Positions 1 through 12,694 of a DNA stretch of 64,000 nucleotides are shown here, piece by piece (the first letter of the stretch is position 1; every line of letters begins with the position of its first letter). The notes below the pieces were generated by a model. That model searched no databases. It worked only from the letters and a program-made list of their open reading frames with translations, and was not told the origin of the DNA. This stretch comes from Marsupella aquatica (lineage: Eukaryota; Plantae; Marchantiophyta): assembly GCA_973895155.1 (NCBI GenBank), contig OZ316893.1, positions 18,197,836-18,261,835 on the forward strand. The letters run 5' to 3'. The translations under genes and the position numbers were made by a program.

Positions 1-377
1 CATTAACTTGTGTGAAGAGTGCCCACATCATGAAGGGAAGTAGCAAGGGAGTGAGAGTTGGATGTGTCGAGCTGAGAGAGGTCTTAGCGGCTTAACCAAG
101 CCAATTGGGGATCATTCCGGCGGCGGAATCCAAATATACCTAAAGAAAGCGAGGGGAAGACAAGGGAAGGCCTAGATTGGGCCGGCTACGTATCTCATGA
201 CCCGATGAAGGATCTGTCCAGTATATGTGTGTAAAATGTTAATAGTAGTAGTAGAGGAAATTAGCAGCGTCCCATGCCGCTAAGCCGCGGAAACGGCCTC
301 GCCGAGGACGAAACCTGTGGGAATCGGCTTGTGCGGGGGCGGTTTCTTGGGTTTGGGGAGCCATGGGACGCAACACA
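1..377 (+). mobile_element. 3' end of a family A-like Gypsy LTR (runs off the left edge)
   Basis: Closely similar to 37366-37737 and 55130-55517. Ends GAGCCATGGGACGCAACACA like those copies. No PBS follows, so it is a 3' or solo LTR. Confidence 0.85.
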
Positions 378-1385
378 CACCACTTGGGATATCGTGTGCA
401 ATCTAGTTAACCCAATCTAGTTTGCGACTAAGGTAAGTCTTCCAAAGTGAGAAGCAAGCAGGGTAGGACCACTAGTAGAATTTATCTGCTACTTCTTTGT
501 CTACAAAAAAACAATACGTGTATGTCTTAGCTTGCCTCCAAAACAATGCAATTCTTCTCCCCTATCATGGGAGGCCAAATCTACTTGAAGAAACAAGTCT
601 TGAAACAAGTCTTCACACTGTTTGGAAATCCTCAAAGTCTTCCTCAATGTCAAGAATTAGTGAAGCCTTTGTCTTCTCAGAAAAACTGAGGATCCTGGAA
701 TCAGGGATAGTAGGCATCACTTCAGCCACAATTTCAGACATGAGGGAAGACGCAATTGACTTGACCTGCTCCCAAAGTGCCCACCGATGAAGCCAAAGCT
801 TGGTTTCACTATTTGAGAATTAACCTAGATGAAGAAACTTCTTCCAAAGCTCAAGCCAACACTGTGCCTCAAGGAGTGTACATTGAAGTTGTGGGGATTG
901 CAAAGTCATGCCTGTTGTAACGCTGCCAGCATGGCTGGTAATGAGTAATACGGGTTAATCTGTGTTAAGGATGTATGAAGTAGACGTAGGAATCTGTAGT
1001 TATTAGCATAACGACACAAAATTAGCTAGTCATGATGCTTAGAATAGGTTTTAGTAATAATGGGAGTTTATGCTCTGGCTGGCGGCGTGGCACCTGACAT
1101 ATCGCCGGATTAGGGGTGCGTTATGGATGTCAGCCTTGGATCCATATAACTGATCTGGAGGCAGCTCTTGCCACGCTCTGACCCAGACTGAAGGAGTGAT
1201 CGGTAAGCCTCAAGCGTAGCAAGCTTGGCCTATTGTGAGCAAGAAGGGCCGATCAATTGATGCATGATACGGGTATAAAAGATGGACTCTTCCCCGTCTC
1301 AAATTTACCAGTTCTTTCCTCGTGCAAGCTTTGAGCTTGGCCCCTTTGCGCACTTAGTGATTCAGCCAGCCCTCGACACTTTGCC

Positions 1386-2425
1386 ATGTCTGTCACGGTT
1401 ATGTCCAGTTTGGCTATTCACTTTTGGTACCAATTCCTGTGCATTGGTAACCATCTTGCGACCTCACTTGCCAAACATAACCTGCAAAAGTACAAAGCCA
1501 AAAGGCATTATGAATGGCTTATCAAATTGAACGGGCTCTCTCATTACAATAACAACCTCAACCTTCCATTTGAGAGCAAGTACTGCCAAGATGCAAAGAT
1601 CTTTGAGTTCTTCTTCGAGGGAACCAAGTACCTTGGCTTTGGAGAAGCGCTCCTCCAACTCCCGGACAAGGTTTTCAAGATCCCTCGCATGGTGGACTTA
1701 CAGCGTCATCACTTTGATGACATACCTGCCAGGGTGCAGACCTTCCTTGATTGTCGATTTGACATTAGTCCAAACGCGGGAGGACCTTCCTCAATTGCAG
1801 CATTGCTTGGCTTCCCATCTGGAACTTTGGGTCCCATGGCACCTACTCCAGCAGTAGCTACGGCCAACTCACTAGCGCCAGGACCGGCACAGACGCCACC
1901 CCGAGTACCCTTAAGCCGCTCGCCACCACCAGTCGCACCACTCGCTCGAGTGCAATCTGTGGTGAATGCGGTCAACCTGAGCTTGGAGGATGAGGAAGTT
2001 CCTCCATCACTTATCCGCAAACCACTAGGAACCCATTGACCCGGTATGGGTACTGCGCCATCGTCCCAGCAAGCCCAGACCTGGGAGGTGGCCCCAGTAG
2101 ACAACACGGTGATGGTTGCAGCCCCGACACTGTTACTGATGGTAGTGACAATACCACCACCACCGGACAAGGAAGACGGGGAGTTGTCCCCATCAACAAG
2201 TCACCCTAGAAACCAATCTTGGGGTAAGAAGCGGAAGGAGCCGGCCTCAGTATCCGGCTGACCAGTAGCTACTGTTGTAGTGGTCAAGTTGACCATGCAT
2301 CAAATGGGGGAGAATGTCCACAAAAACATTCTCCACCCAAAGCATGCATGTTACTTGAAAACCCAAGGGTTCAAGCACCTCATCGCTCTTCCTTGGACCA
2401 CTTGTAGGTATAACGGGCAAGACGT
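1386..2425 (+). pseudogene. N-terminal part of the LTR-encoded accessory ORF (family B type)
   Basis: FFEGTKYLGFGEALLQLPDKVFKIP..DLQRHHFDDIPARVQ and KLTMHQMGENVHKNILHPKHACYLKTQGF match ORFs in LTRs 8797-12694 and 58053-61493. Confidence 0.75.
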
Positions 2426-3754
2426 AGACTGGCTAAGGAGACAGCAAGATGGCCCTAACGGTACGCCGGAAGAAACAATTGCCTCCGGTGAATATCAATG
2501 TCATTGATATAGAAGACTGGGGCACTCCAAAAATTGATGTAGAAATCAATGGGTGTGTTATTAGTCGCGTCCCTGTAGATGGCGGCACAGGGATCAACAT
2601 CATGATGGAGCAGACCGCATTTGACTTGGGGTACACAGAGTTTGAACCTACCCCAAGATCATGCGCATGGCAAACCAAGAGCAGGTAATCCCTTTAGGAC
2701 GTCTCTCTCGGATCCTAACTCGAATTGGTGAGCTAGAATACCGGTTGAATTTTGTCATCATCCCTTTATCGATACCCATGACTTTTCCGTTGTTGCTCGG
2801 ACAACCATGGCTGTACCAAGCCCGAGTGATAGAAGACTGGTCAAAGAAAGAGTTTCAGATAGGGAAAGTTGTCATCCCTTGGGATAACCCTCCCTACTTG
2901 GGAGAATCCGACCGAGAGGTGTCCAATTTTACCTCTGGAGAGGAAGAAGGTAGCAAAGACCTTGATACGGATTGTTGGCTCGTTAGCGTGTAGAAACCAA
3001 TGCCTGAGGAAGTTTGCATCGAGGAAGCACACAAGGAACCACCGGCGACACCAAGTCAACCAGAACCAAGGGTAGCACAGGGAGAAAATCCCAACGCAGG
3101 AGAGATCAACGAGCCCCTCAACTCTCAATGGATCCAAGAGCAGTTGAAGTTGGACCCATTGTGACACCAATGACATGGTCCTTATTCTATAATCTGAGTA
3201 ACTAGGTTGCTGTATGCAAGGAGTAGCTATTGATACCGCATAACAATTAGCAAGCTGGCAAGAATAAGGGCAATCATGGCGTTAAGAGTAGGGATGAAGG
3301 TATTTCAGCTTGAAGACTCACAACCAAGGCAGAGGTAGTCACTGTCAAGGCCACAAAGGAGAAGCTGGGGAAGAGAGGAGGAAGCGAGTCTCCATAACTG
3401 AATATGAAGCTGTGTGGTATGGTGATTGTTCTCATGACAAAATTTGAATGTCTTGGGTGTGTAGCTTCATTTTGTTAGTTAGGTTAGTGGTTCATAGTCT
3501 AGTCTTAGAATGTTAGGGAAATAAAAGGCTATGTCGCGGGTGGTCGGCGACCATATCTCGTTCAATATGTCACCAAATCCGGATCTATAAAGAGCATTGG
3601 AAAGATCTGGTCAAGGCGAGTAAAATCGATATAAAACACTCGGGAAATGGAGGTGTATTAAGGAAGATACGGCCTGATTAGTGTGATGGGTTAACTTGTG
3701 GCCGGAATTAGCGGATTCGGCTTCAGTTTCGGGTTAACCCAAGCTCGGCCACGG

Positions 3755-3858
3755 CTTAGCTTAGGTAAGCACGGCTTCAACTTAGCTCAGGTAAGCACGG
3801 CTTCAGCTTAGCTTAGGTAAGCACGGCTTCAGCTTAGCTCAAGTAAGCACAGCTTCAG
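3755..3858. repeat. 4 x 26-bp tandem repeat (CTTAGCTYAGGTAAGCACGGCTTCAR), followed by degenerate GGGTTAG-rich repeats to ~4100
   Basis: Read directly from the sequence. Confidence 0.9.
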
Positions 3859-4512
3859 CTTAGGCTTAACCCGGGTTCGGATTAGATTGATCCCGGGTTA
3901 GACTTAACTCGGGTTAGCCTAAACTCGGGCTCAGGTTAGCATAGGTAAGCTCGGGTTCGGGCTCAGCTTAGGTTAGCGGTTAGCGGATAGCGGATAGCGG
4001 GTAGCGGCCTAACCCGAGACCACGGGTTAGCTCTACTCAGGTTAGATAGGATAGCTAGGTTAGCCGAACTCGGGTTAGCTATGTAACTCGGGTTAGCGCA
4101 GCAGTGAGTACCCCCTCTCGGTTGCGGGGGCATAACTCTCTGTGTATTTGACCAAATCGGCTATAATTGACCTCGTTGGAAAGAGGAGCTCAAGCCGCTT
4201 CCAACGCTGCTATCCACGCAACAAATGGTTGAATAGAGAAATCAGGAGAGGAGGCGCAAGCTCGCGAAAACCATGGAGGAGGGCCAAATCCGAAGTACAT
4301 AGCCAATTCGAGATAGAAATAAAGTTGCGAGTTAGGGTTTAGTAGTTAGAGATAGTGGCGGCTCTGTTAGGGCTGGGATGGGGCTCCAGCAGCGTAGTAT
4401 CCACCCATTTGGGCTCAGTATGAGAGTATATAGAGCAGCCCCCCGATAGAGGCAAGGGGGGGGGACTTCAGTTGTGTGATCTCACTTAGACTGAGCAGCA
4501 GGGAGGAGCTCT

Positions 4513-4935
4513 ATGCAAGCAAGGCTGGACTTGGACGCTGCGTGTTGGGGAGAGCTTGGTTGTGCTATTACTCAGGGAGTAATCAGCCAAGCTTCACAGC
4601 AACGGGTTGCTAGGTTTGCGAGCTGGATTGTGGCTCTTTCTAGTGGGCAGCACAACTGGGTTCTTTTCCCCCGATACAGAGCCTTGGTGATAGGTGATGT
4701 ATTGGTGATTGTAAACTGTGGGGAGGATTTCAATTCGATTTGCGGTGGGCACATTAGGGAGGCTGAGGTACTGATTAAGGGGCAGCAGGAGGAGCATTTA
4801 CAGTTCAGTCTGGCAAGGCTACGTGATCCATGGGGAGTCCCGGCCTTTGTCTGGTGGAGAGCACTAAGGGATCTATGGCCAGAGCTGAGCTTGCAGGGCA
4901 ACCGTGAGGCCGGGCCTCATTGCAGTCTGGGGTAG
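4513..4935 (+). CDS. Hypothetical 140-aa ORF inside LTR D
   Basis: ATG-initiated ORF ~85 bp downstream of a TATA-like GTATATAGA (~4425). No homologue in the window. Confidence 0.3.
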   Translation: MQARLDLDAACWGELGCAITQGVISQASQQRVARFASWIVALSSGQHNWVLFPRYRALVIGDVLVIVNCGEDFNSICGGHIREAEVLIKGQQEEHLQFSLARLRDPWGVPAFVWWRALRDLWPELSLQGNREAGPHCSLG

Positions 4936-7513
4936 ATCGTCGTTAGGCCTGGTACCAGCTTTGAAGTCGAGTCAACTAGGCATGCGTAACTTGACGTTCT
5001 GAATTGGAGGTGTGAGATCTATATGTGCCCCCAAGAATGAAGTGCAGTGAAGGAGGTTGAGTTCAGGATTGAGTTTGCAAGGCAAGTACGGGATTGGTTC
5101 AAGTCCAATCTGCCGTCGCAATCTGGAGTGAGCCGGGCTCAGGTTCAGGATTGAGCTTGCATGGCAAGCACGGGGCTTGCAGGACAAGCACGTCACAATC
5201 TGGAGGAGACAGCCTTCGGCCCTAGTGTTCGGATCAAGTGTTCTCAGTGAACTATTGTGCACATCTTTGAATCTAATTGAGTTTTCCTCTCAGGCCTCAT
5301 TTCTCTCATGGATGTGTGTGTGTGTGAGGCAATCTGAGTGTATGATGGGACTAGCAGCGCCACTGAGAGGTGTACAGGGTGCATTGAAGCGGGCTGGGTG
5401 AGGACTGTCATAGCTCTGATTGCTAAGAGTGGAATGGCAGAGTGGTGGGGCAATGGCTTAGAAGTCCCTAAGCCGGGAATCAGTCAGGAGTCACTGGTTT
5501 ATGGGTACATTCCGGCGGCAGAATAGAAACATACCTATGACAGTAAGCATACGTATAGACCTATGCGCACCGTAGCGCTAGGCCCTGTGTGTACGGGCCC
5601 GATATGAAGACCCCTTCTCACCAGAACTATCATGAGCGCAGATCTGATCCCCAACCTTGGTTCCTTGGGATTGAGCTTGGGTGATGTGTGATAGAGTCTT
5701 GCTATGATAGTCTGGTGTTAAGGGCATAAATTGGTGTTTACCGGCCTTCACAACATCCCTTCGTGATCCTCAGGTACAAGGAGATGGTTTTGGCACCCTA
5801 AGTGACATTTTTGGTGTTAAGAGCCATGTCAATCGCGTGACACCCATTGTTGCAGCAATTTGAAGGGTACTGTACAAACGCAAGAATGGAGACATCATCC
5901 AAAACCCACAACATCCGACCGCAACACTTTGAGTCCATGCAGATTTCTCCTGAGAAATCTTTCTTTGTGGGGAGGAACCTCAGTGAAGAGGAACGAGAAA
6001 CCTACCGACGGCTTCTGACAAAGTATCAGGATGTGTTTGCCTGGTCTCATCAGGACCTTACCGGCATCCCAACTATATATGGGGAACATCGGATTGATCT
6101 GAAAGAGGGGGATATACCAATGTGACAGCGATAGTACCACCTGAACCCCAAATATTTGCTAAAAGTCAAAGAAGAGATCGACAAGTTGTTGGAAGTCGGA
6201 TTCATTTTTCCAGTGCCACATAGCGAATGGGTATCACCCATTGTGATCATCCCAAAGAAGGTTGGACCAGATGGCGTAGTCAAAATACGGGTGTGCCAAG
6301 ATTTCAGGAAGTTAAATGAGGCCACCAAGAAGGATTACTACCCCCTTCCCTTCACCGATATAATACTGGATCACGTGGCTGGGCACGAGTGCTACAGTCT
6401 ACTAGATGGCATGTCCGGATACCACCAAGTCTGGATTAGGGAGGAGGATCAGATACTCACCATCTTCACCACCGACTGGGGCACGTTCGCGTTCGGACAA
6501 ATGCCCTTTGGGCTGTGCAACGCACCGGGGACTTTTCAAAGAATCATGATGGATGTCTTTTGGGATTTCCCCCATTACTTTTTGGAGATTTTCATCGATG
6601 ACTTTGCAGTGTTTGGGGCGATGATTCAACATGAGGAACATTTGGAGTTAACGTTTGGCCGATGTAGAGAGAGGAACCTCAAGTTGAATCCCCACAAGTG
6701 CTACTTTGGAGTTTCCAGTGGGATACTCCTTGGCCATCAAGTTTCCAAGGAGGGGATAGCCGTGGATTTGGATAAGATAGCAGTAATACTCTCAATCAGA
6801 GAACCCACCATGGTGACTGACGTGCGCGCCTTCCTGGGGATGGTCGGGTATTACCACAGATTCGTTGAAGGATATGGATATTCAAAGATAGCCCTGCCTC
6901 TCACTGAGCTCCTCAAGAAAAACATTTTGTTCACCTTTGAGGCACGGCAGAAGGCTGCATTTGAGGAGTTAAAACTACGGATGTGCAAAGCTCCAATATT
7001 GTGCGCTCCAAAATTTGATAGAGAATTCCATGTGATAGGAGATGCTTCCGGGTTTTGCATCGGCATCATTCTGTGGCAGTACGGAGACAATAAGGAAGAG
7101 AAGCCCATCTACTATACAAGCAGGCAGATGAGCAGCAAAGAGAGAAACTACACTACCAAAGACCAAGAATGCCTCCCGATAGTTTTTGCATGCCGGAAAT
7201 TCCGACACTACCTCCTAGGAAATGAGTGCGTATTCTATACCGATCACGATGCAATCAAGTATCTAGTCAACAAGACTTGTCAAGACAAGTAGCACGATGG
7301 GTTATGCTATTACAAGAATTCCAATATAGCATACTAGTCAAACTAGGCAAGAATAACGCCAACGCAGACTATTTATCCAGGCTCAAGGAAGAAGGCGACC
7401 TGAGCCCCCTTCCGGACCAGTTTCCAGACAAAAACCTGTTTGCCATTGTTAAACACTGATTCCTCCTTGCAATTAGCGGATAATTAACTTCCTTCTACCC
7501 ATTCGCCTTCCTA

Positions 7514-7834
7514 TTAACTGATTAACCGTCTGACTATAGGGTAATCTGACAAATTGTTCTCATTCTCCAAATCTGTGATTTTAGCTAAATGTTCTTCAAT
7601 ATCCACTTCTTCTTTCCACTTCTTAGGTACAATAGACTCAGTTAAGACCAATCCTTCTCGGTACACAATCTCTATGAACCCACACCATTCACGGTAAGTA
7701 AAGATACAAATTGGAATACTCTCTTCCTTCAATCAACGAGTAATCAAGTGTGAACCAATTGAACAAATCCACAATTCAATCGGTCTGAGTCTAATTAGCA
7801 AGTAATTGTCCCTACCCTTGTTGTTAGGATTCAT
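7514..7834 (-). pseudogene. LTR small ORFb homologue (one premature TGA)
   Basis: ELWICSIGSHLI..IPIC..TYREWCGFIEIVYREGLVL..VPKKWK aligns with 28874-29194. Confidence 0.75.
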
Positions 7835-7897
7835 ACTTCCAGGAATTGTGATCTTATCAATCCAATTGTCTCATCGATTTACTCTTAGAGAGATCAA

Positions 7898-8116
7898 TCA
7901 ATTTCGTGTGTAACGGGGTAATTCAAGAAAAGCTATTCGTAATAAAAATACCAATTCAACAATTACTCTGTTATGTTGGAGGTGTATGACAACCAGATTG
8001 TCATCCTCAAAACACACAAACTCCAACCAGACTCTATTGCTTACGAGTTGTCTGTTTGCTTGATTCCTTAAGGTATTATACCTTAAAGTCCTCACTCTGA
8101 GTTAGTTAATCCTCAT
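7898..8116 (-). pseudogene. LTR small ORFa homologue (one premature stop)
   Basis: RTLR..NRQLVSNRVWLEFVCFEDDNLVVIHLQH aligns with 17065-17259. Confidence 0.7.
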
Positions 8117-8648
8117 TCATCCTTGCAGTCGACGATTGACCGACTTAACATTTCCTTTATAAGTTCTTATCAAGGTTGTGGTTTCAATAGTCACGACTTC
8201 CTTTCTAAGTCCTGCCTATCGAATTGACTCACTTAACCCTCTATTTACTTCTCAGATTTCTCAATTTTGTCCATTCACTTTTTGTTCATACTCTCGTATT
8301 CAATCTCAATCTCTTTTCATATCCTTCACTAGCAATTGTTACTCATCCATGAACAAAGTCTCGTGGTTGCAATAATAACTTCTTTACTTCTTAACATCAA
8401 AATTCTACTCACAGTTGAGTAGGGAACACTTCTACAAACCACTGACCATCTCAAGGGAAGTCTGACTCTGCCTTTTGATCAGATTACCTATTGCAAAAAT
8501 TGACACCTTGCCTTTCCTTATTGCTAGATTAAATACTATCATTCTGCAGGGTCTATTAGTTTCCAACTATTCTGCTATACTACCAAAATTGTCATCTAAA
8601 CGACTGATCAAACATAACCGCTTAGTCGGTTATTAAACTGCTGTTCAT

Positions 8649-8774
8649 GGTTACTAAACTGCTACCCGTGTTTATGCAACTGGTACCCGCGATTACTCAA
8701 CTGCTACGCGCGGTTACTCAACTACTACTCGTGGTTACTCAATTGCTACCCGCGATTACTCAACTGTTAACTAG
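8649..8774. repeat. ~6 x 21-bp tandem repeat (GRTTACTCAACTGCTACCCGC) within LTR C'
   Basis: Read directly from the sequence. Confidence 0.85.
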
Positions 8775-8796
8775 AATTACTGCACAACAAAGGCTA

Positions 8797-11700
8797 TGTC
8801 ACACCATCGGCCTAGTCCTTAGGCCGATCTATGTCTACGACAAACACTTCCCTTGCTAGTATTCTGGTTCGGGCAGGGAGGGACATGCGGAGTGCGTATA
8901 ATTCTCCCAAACTAGCGCTAAGTGCGCATACATTTACTTACGAGCACGCTTAGGTATGTTTTGTGTTCCGCTGTTGGAACATACCTTAGTCGACATGGGG
9001 TCGACCCCGGCTTACGGACTTCTAAGCCTTCATGTTACCGCCTTCGATCCGGATCCATTACTACAAGTGCTCAACCCTGGCTCGCAACCCCGTACCCGTA
9101 ACCTGCACCCAATGCACGCTTGGCATAACGTGTTTGGCCCAACATTGATACTTGCACACAAGACTCATACATGCATACATGCATTCATACATAACATAAA
9201 TCTTGATTTACACGAAGGAATTGAGGGGAAAGGATTTCATTCATATATGATCATACACTTACGATTGGGTGACCCGACACCTTGTGAATGAACGGGCCCA
9301 AGACCAAGGAGTATACACTACAACAGAGCTCGGCTCTGCACTCGCCCAACAAGCTTAGTCGTATACCCTCCCCTTGGCACTCCGACACTTCACCGAGTTT
9401 GGGACTTCCCCGCGCGTACTGCGAATGGCCAACTTTTGAGTCTAAAATCCCCCCTGTGCCTTTACCGGGGGGCTGCTAAATACTAAGGGCTGAGGACCAG
9501 CCTGGCCTCGTGCCCGAATCTACGCTAACTTATATCCTCGCTAAGCTGGTTACGGCTTGTCCTATTAGTCTAACCTATTCTACACAGGCTGGCTAATGTG
9601 TCAGCGCCACTATCTTCTGGCCGGCACTTGTCCTAACAGCCTGTTTTAGCTACTTCTAGTTCTTTTCTAAGCCTAACCCTCCGCTAATGCCTGGTGCGCT
9701 TGCCAGAGCCGTCTGAGTGGGAGCGGCCATCCTGCTGCCTACGGAGTCTGTTGTTGTCCATCTTGAGGAGCTGGACTTGGTCTAGCAGAGATTCATTCTC
9801 TTGCTTTGCCGCGTCCGTCTCCTCAGCTGCCTCTTGGCATGCCTCTTCCAATTGTTGGGCGTCGCTCGTTAGCTTGTCCGCCATCTGGTTTTTCTTCTCG
9901 GCTTTGGTTTGAAGCCGCGCTACTTTGGCCTTTAGGGCGGAAATCTCCGCAGTATTACGCTGGTCCCGCTCGTCGGCCTCCTCTAGGTCTTTTTGCCAGA
10001 TGATAGTTTGATTCTTCAAACTGTCAATCTGGGTCCGTAGCCGTGCAATCTTGGCCTCCTTCCCAGCTTTGGCCTGTTTGGCTAAGGCGGTAAGGGCGTG
10101 CGCATTTGCTAACAACTCATTGGCGGTTGCAACCTTGGGTCATAGTTGCAGAAGCTCAGCCTCTTGAGTCTCTATTTTGCCCTAAGTACACGGACTCAAC
10201 CTGGTACCGCTCTATCCTCTGAAGGGCCTCCGACTGGGCCCGACCTGCCTTTACTGCGGTAACCAACTCCTGGTTGAAGAAGTAGGCTACCTTTCGGGCC
10301 ATGAACTCCCCGGCCCGGGCAATCTGTTGGGAGAAATCTCCCAACAGCCCGTTCAAAAATGTACCCAGTACGAAGAGTTCCGGGTGGTCTAGGTTGTGCC
10401 CGTCTGGAGTTGGGCATGGGCAGACGTCAACTCGCGCGGGAGCCGGGGTAGTGACATCCAGCCTTGGGGAAGTAGTGAAGGGGCTGGGGTGTCCTCCTCC
10501 ATCATCGTGCTGTCCTCTAGAATAGCCACTAGTGAGCCTTCTGGACCCTCGGGCTCGAGCAAGGCCTCCACCACCCCGACTTCTGCGCTTGGCCCGGCCC
10601 GGTTGATCGCGTCTAAGGTTGCGATCACTGCCTTGTCCGGTACCTCTTCGGCCACGGTTACGGCTACTTGTGGAGGTGGGGTGGGTGAGGCCTGCATGGC
10701 CGCCAGACTTCGGGCCTCGGGTTGAGGCCGTCTCTCCAAGGTCGGGAAGACCCACCTAGTCGGGACCAACTTAGTTACGTTGGCCCGGGGAAGGGTTCAT
10801 CGATCAAACTGGAAGTACCACTCAAGAATGATCTCGATGTGGCTCGCAAAATATGCCTTCCCGCCGATGTACAACGCCTTCCTTTGCCATTCCATCTCTT
10901 CATGGAACTTCTTAGCAAAGTACGATGCCCACTTCCTAGGCCGATAGTTCTTGACCTGGATAACCTGGGTAGCGGAGATCTCGCCTCGGGGTTCCATCAT
11001 ATGGAGGGCGTACCTCTGGAACTCCAGTTGCTCGCTATCTTGGGGATGAGGCAGGTCCTCATCACAAACCCGTTGTCCACTGACTACTTGGAGGGGAAAC
11101 TCAAGGATTGGTACTTGGCTCCTTTGCCCCCGAGAGCCCAAAGATCATCCTGAGCCGCTTCTCTATGAGGGACATATTCCTCCCCCGTAGCCGAGTATGC
11201 TGACAGACATTGTCATAATTCTTGACGAACTCTGTCATGTCCTCCCCGTAGTACCTGCAGGTGTTCCAGGGGAGAGAGGCGAGGTGCTCAAACCCCTGAG
11301 TCTTCAAGTACACCGCATGTTTGGGGTGGAGGATGTTCTTATGCATGTTATCCCCCATGTAGTGCATTGTCACCTTGGCCATGGTTAACCCGGATACAGC
11401 TACGGGTTCCTTCCTCTTCTTTCCTCGAGACTGGCTCCCATGATGGCTCGGAGAGGGTGACATCTCCCCATCCTCCCAATTGGGTATGGGTAGTGCCACG
11501 CGCTAGTATTGGGGCCGGGGCGGCTACGGTCACCATGTTGTCCACCGGAGCCACTACTCGGGTCTGGGCCTCGGGAGGGGGCAATGTAGTGCCGGCTCCC
11601 TGGGTGCTCGCTCCTCTGGGCCGCCTGAGCAAGGGTAGGGTAGCCTTGTTGTCATCGCTGAGGTCCACAGCATTGATGACAGATCGCACCTGTATGGGCG

Positions 11701-12694
11701 GGGCGACCGGCGGTGGGGATCGGCTAGGCTGAGGCGGAGCCTAAGCCGGTGTTGGTGCGGGTACGGGCACGGTCTCGGCTAGGCTGGCACCGGTGGTTGA
11801 TGGTATGGCTGCCATGAAGTTTTGCAGGTGCCGGTAGAGGTTTTTCGAAGCAAGTGTAGACAGCCTTGTCGACTAGGTAGTGTTGAACTCGCTGTTGATG
11901 ATGGCCTGGACCCGAGCGGGGATGTGGTCAAAGTGGTGCTGCTGTAAGTCGATCGTGCCCGGGATAGTGAAGACCCCGTTCGGAAGCCCAAGCAATGCCT
12001 CTTAGAAGCCGATGTATTTGCCCCCGTCAAAGAAGTACCCTGATATTTCTTTGGGTTGGTAAAGCTTGCTTTGGGACGGGTAATCAAAGTTAAGGAGATA
12101 GTGGTGGTGGTCTGCTAAGCGGATGGCTCTCTCATACTCGTGTTTTAATGAGTTGGCCAAGTGCCCCCGATAGGCAGGAACTGTGTCCAGAATCATATGG
12201 CCAAACTGGAAAGGATCGTGTGCGACATTCAAAGGAGATAGAAGGCGACTAAGGATGGGCAAGAGAACTGGGATCGAAGCTGGCGCGTGGACTGAAGAAT
12301 TGGTGCACTACAAAGGATCGGCCCCCTTTTTATACCCTGAGAGCTCGTCGGTCGCCCGACGCCTCCTTGTTGCTTATAGGCCAAGCCTTTCACACTTGCA
12401 GTGTACCGGCCACTCCGCCAGTCTGGGTTAGCGCGTGTCAGTGGCCGTCTCCCGGAGTTCATTATACGGACCCGAGGGAGGGGGGCCCATTACATGCTCG
12501 CGACCGGGCGTGCGAATGGTGACCCGCCGCCAGCCCAAAAACGAATGCGCCTTATTGACTAATGATTTCCTACTTATAATGTCTACCTAAATACTCTCGT
12601 TACGCTAATAATTATGGTCTAAGATACCCCTAATGTGCGTGCTAAGCATGGTTAGGCCGAATTACTCATTACCCACCGTACCGGCGGTGTCACA
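8797..12694 (-). repeat. 3' LTR of element B (3898 bp)
   Basis: Minus strand reads TGTGACACCGCC...GGTGTGACA. Preceded by PPT AAGCAGGGAGCTA. Homologous at both ends to solo LTR 58053-61493. Confidence 0.9.
9684..12262 (-). pseudogene. LTR-encoded accessory ORF (novel N-domain, Pro-rich linker, PMD/Transposase_32-like domain, coiled coil)
   Basis: Consecutive fragments 12002-12262, 11101-11499, 10797-11141, 10156-10769 and 9684-10115. Motif YLKTQGFEHLASLPW..TEFV..RLRG..IFGL. Ends GKRTRH*. Confidence 0.75.

Larger units (their letters stand above)
3160..5842. mobile_element. Solo LTR (family D, 2683 bp) with 5-bp TSD CCCAT
   Basis: TG...CA ends. CCCAT at 3155-3159 and 5843-5847. Imperfect 19-bp terminal inverted repeat (TGTGACACCAATGACATGG vs TGTCACGCGATTGACATGG). 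Confidence 0.85.
916..7446 (+). mobile_element. Internally deleted Ty3/Gypsy element B': partial family B-like 5' LTR (916 to ~2425) fused to protease-RT-RNase H
   Basis: Starts TGTAACGCTGCCAGCATGGCTGGTAATGAG, similar to TGTGACGCTGCCGGTACGGCGGGTAATGAG at 58053. The LTR ORF homology stops at RYNGQDV (~2425) and jumps to pre-protease sequence. pol is cut at 7446 by another LTR. Confidence 0.8.
2449..7446 (+). pseudogene. pol: pol of element B' (protease, RT, RNase H), split by solo LTR 3160-5842, with stops and frameshifts
   Basis: Protease VDGGTGINIM. RT WVSPIVIIPKK..VCQDFRKLN, MPFGLCNAP, FIDDF. RNase H DASG, KFRHYLLG, YTDH. Removing 3160-5847 restores LKLDP|LLQQF. Confidence 0.9.
7447..8796 (-). 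mobile_element. 3' part of a family C-related LTR (C'), interrupted at 8797 by element B
   Basis: Minus strand ends ...GCAAGGAGGAATCAGTGTTTAACA, like ...GCAAGGTCGAAGTTGGCGTTTAACA of family C LTRs. Shares the two small ORFs of family C. Confidence 0.8.

Noticed and set aside
378-915. ORF 497-790 and its flanks
   Set aside because: No recognisable motif. It looks like the antisense of a decayed fragment and cannot be assigned.
3755-3858. Tandem arrays here and at 8649-8774 as CRISPR
   Set aside because: Head-to-tail repeats with no unique spacers, no cas genes, and a eukaryotic LTR context.
5800-5826. GTGACA-TTTT-TGGTGTTAAGAGCC as an LTR end plus Met PBS
   Set aside because: It lies inside the CCCAT-flanked unit, 16 bp from its end, and no gag follows.
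3527-8796. GGCTA preceding TG at both 3532 and 8797 as a TSD
   Set aside because: The implied unit would not end in CA and would cross the TSD-supported boundary at 5842. Probably coincidence.
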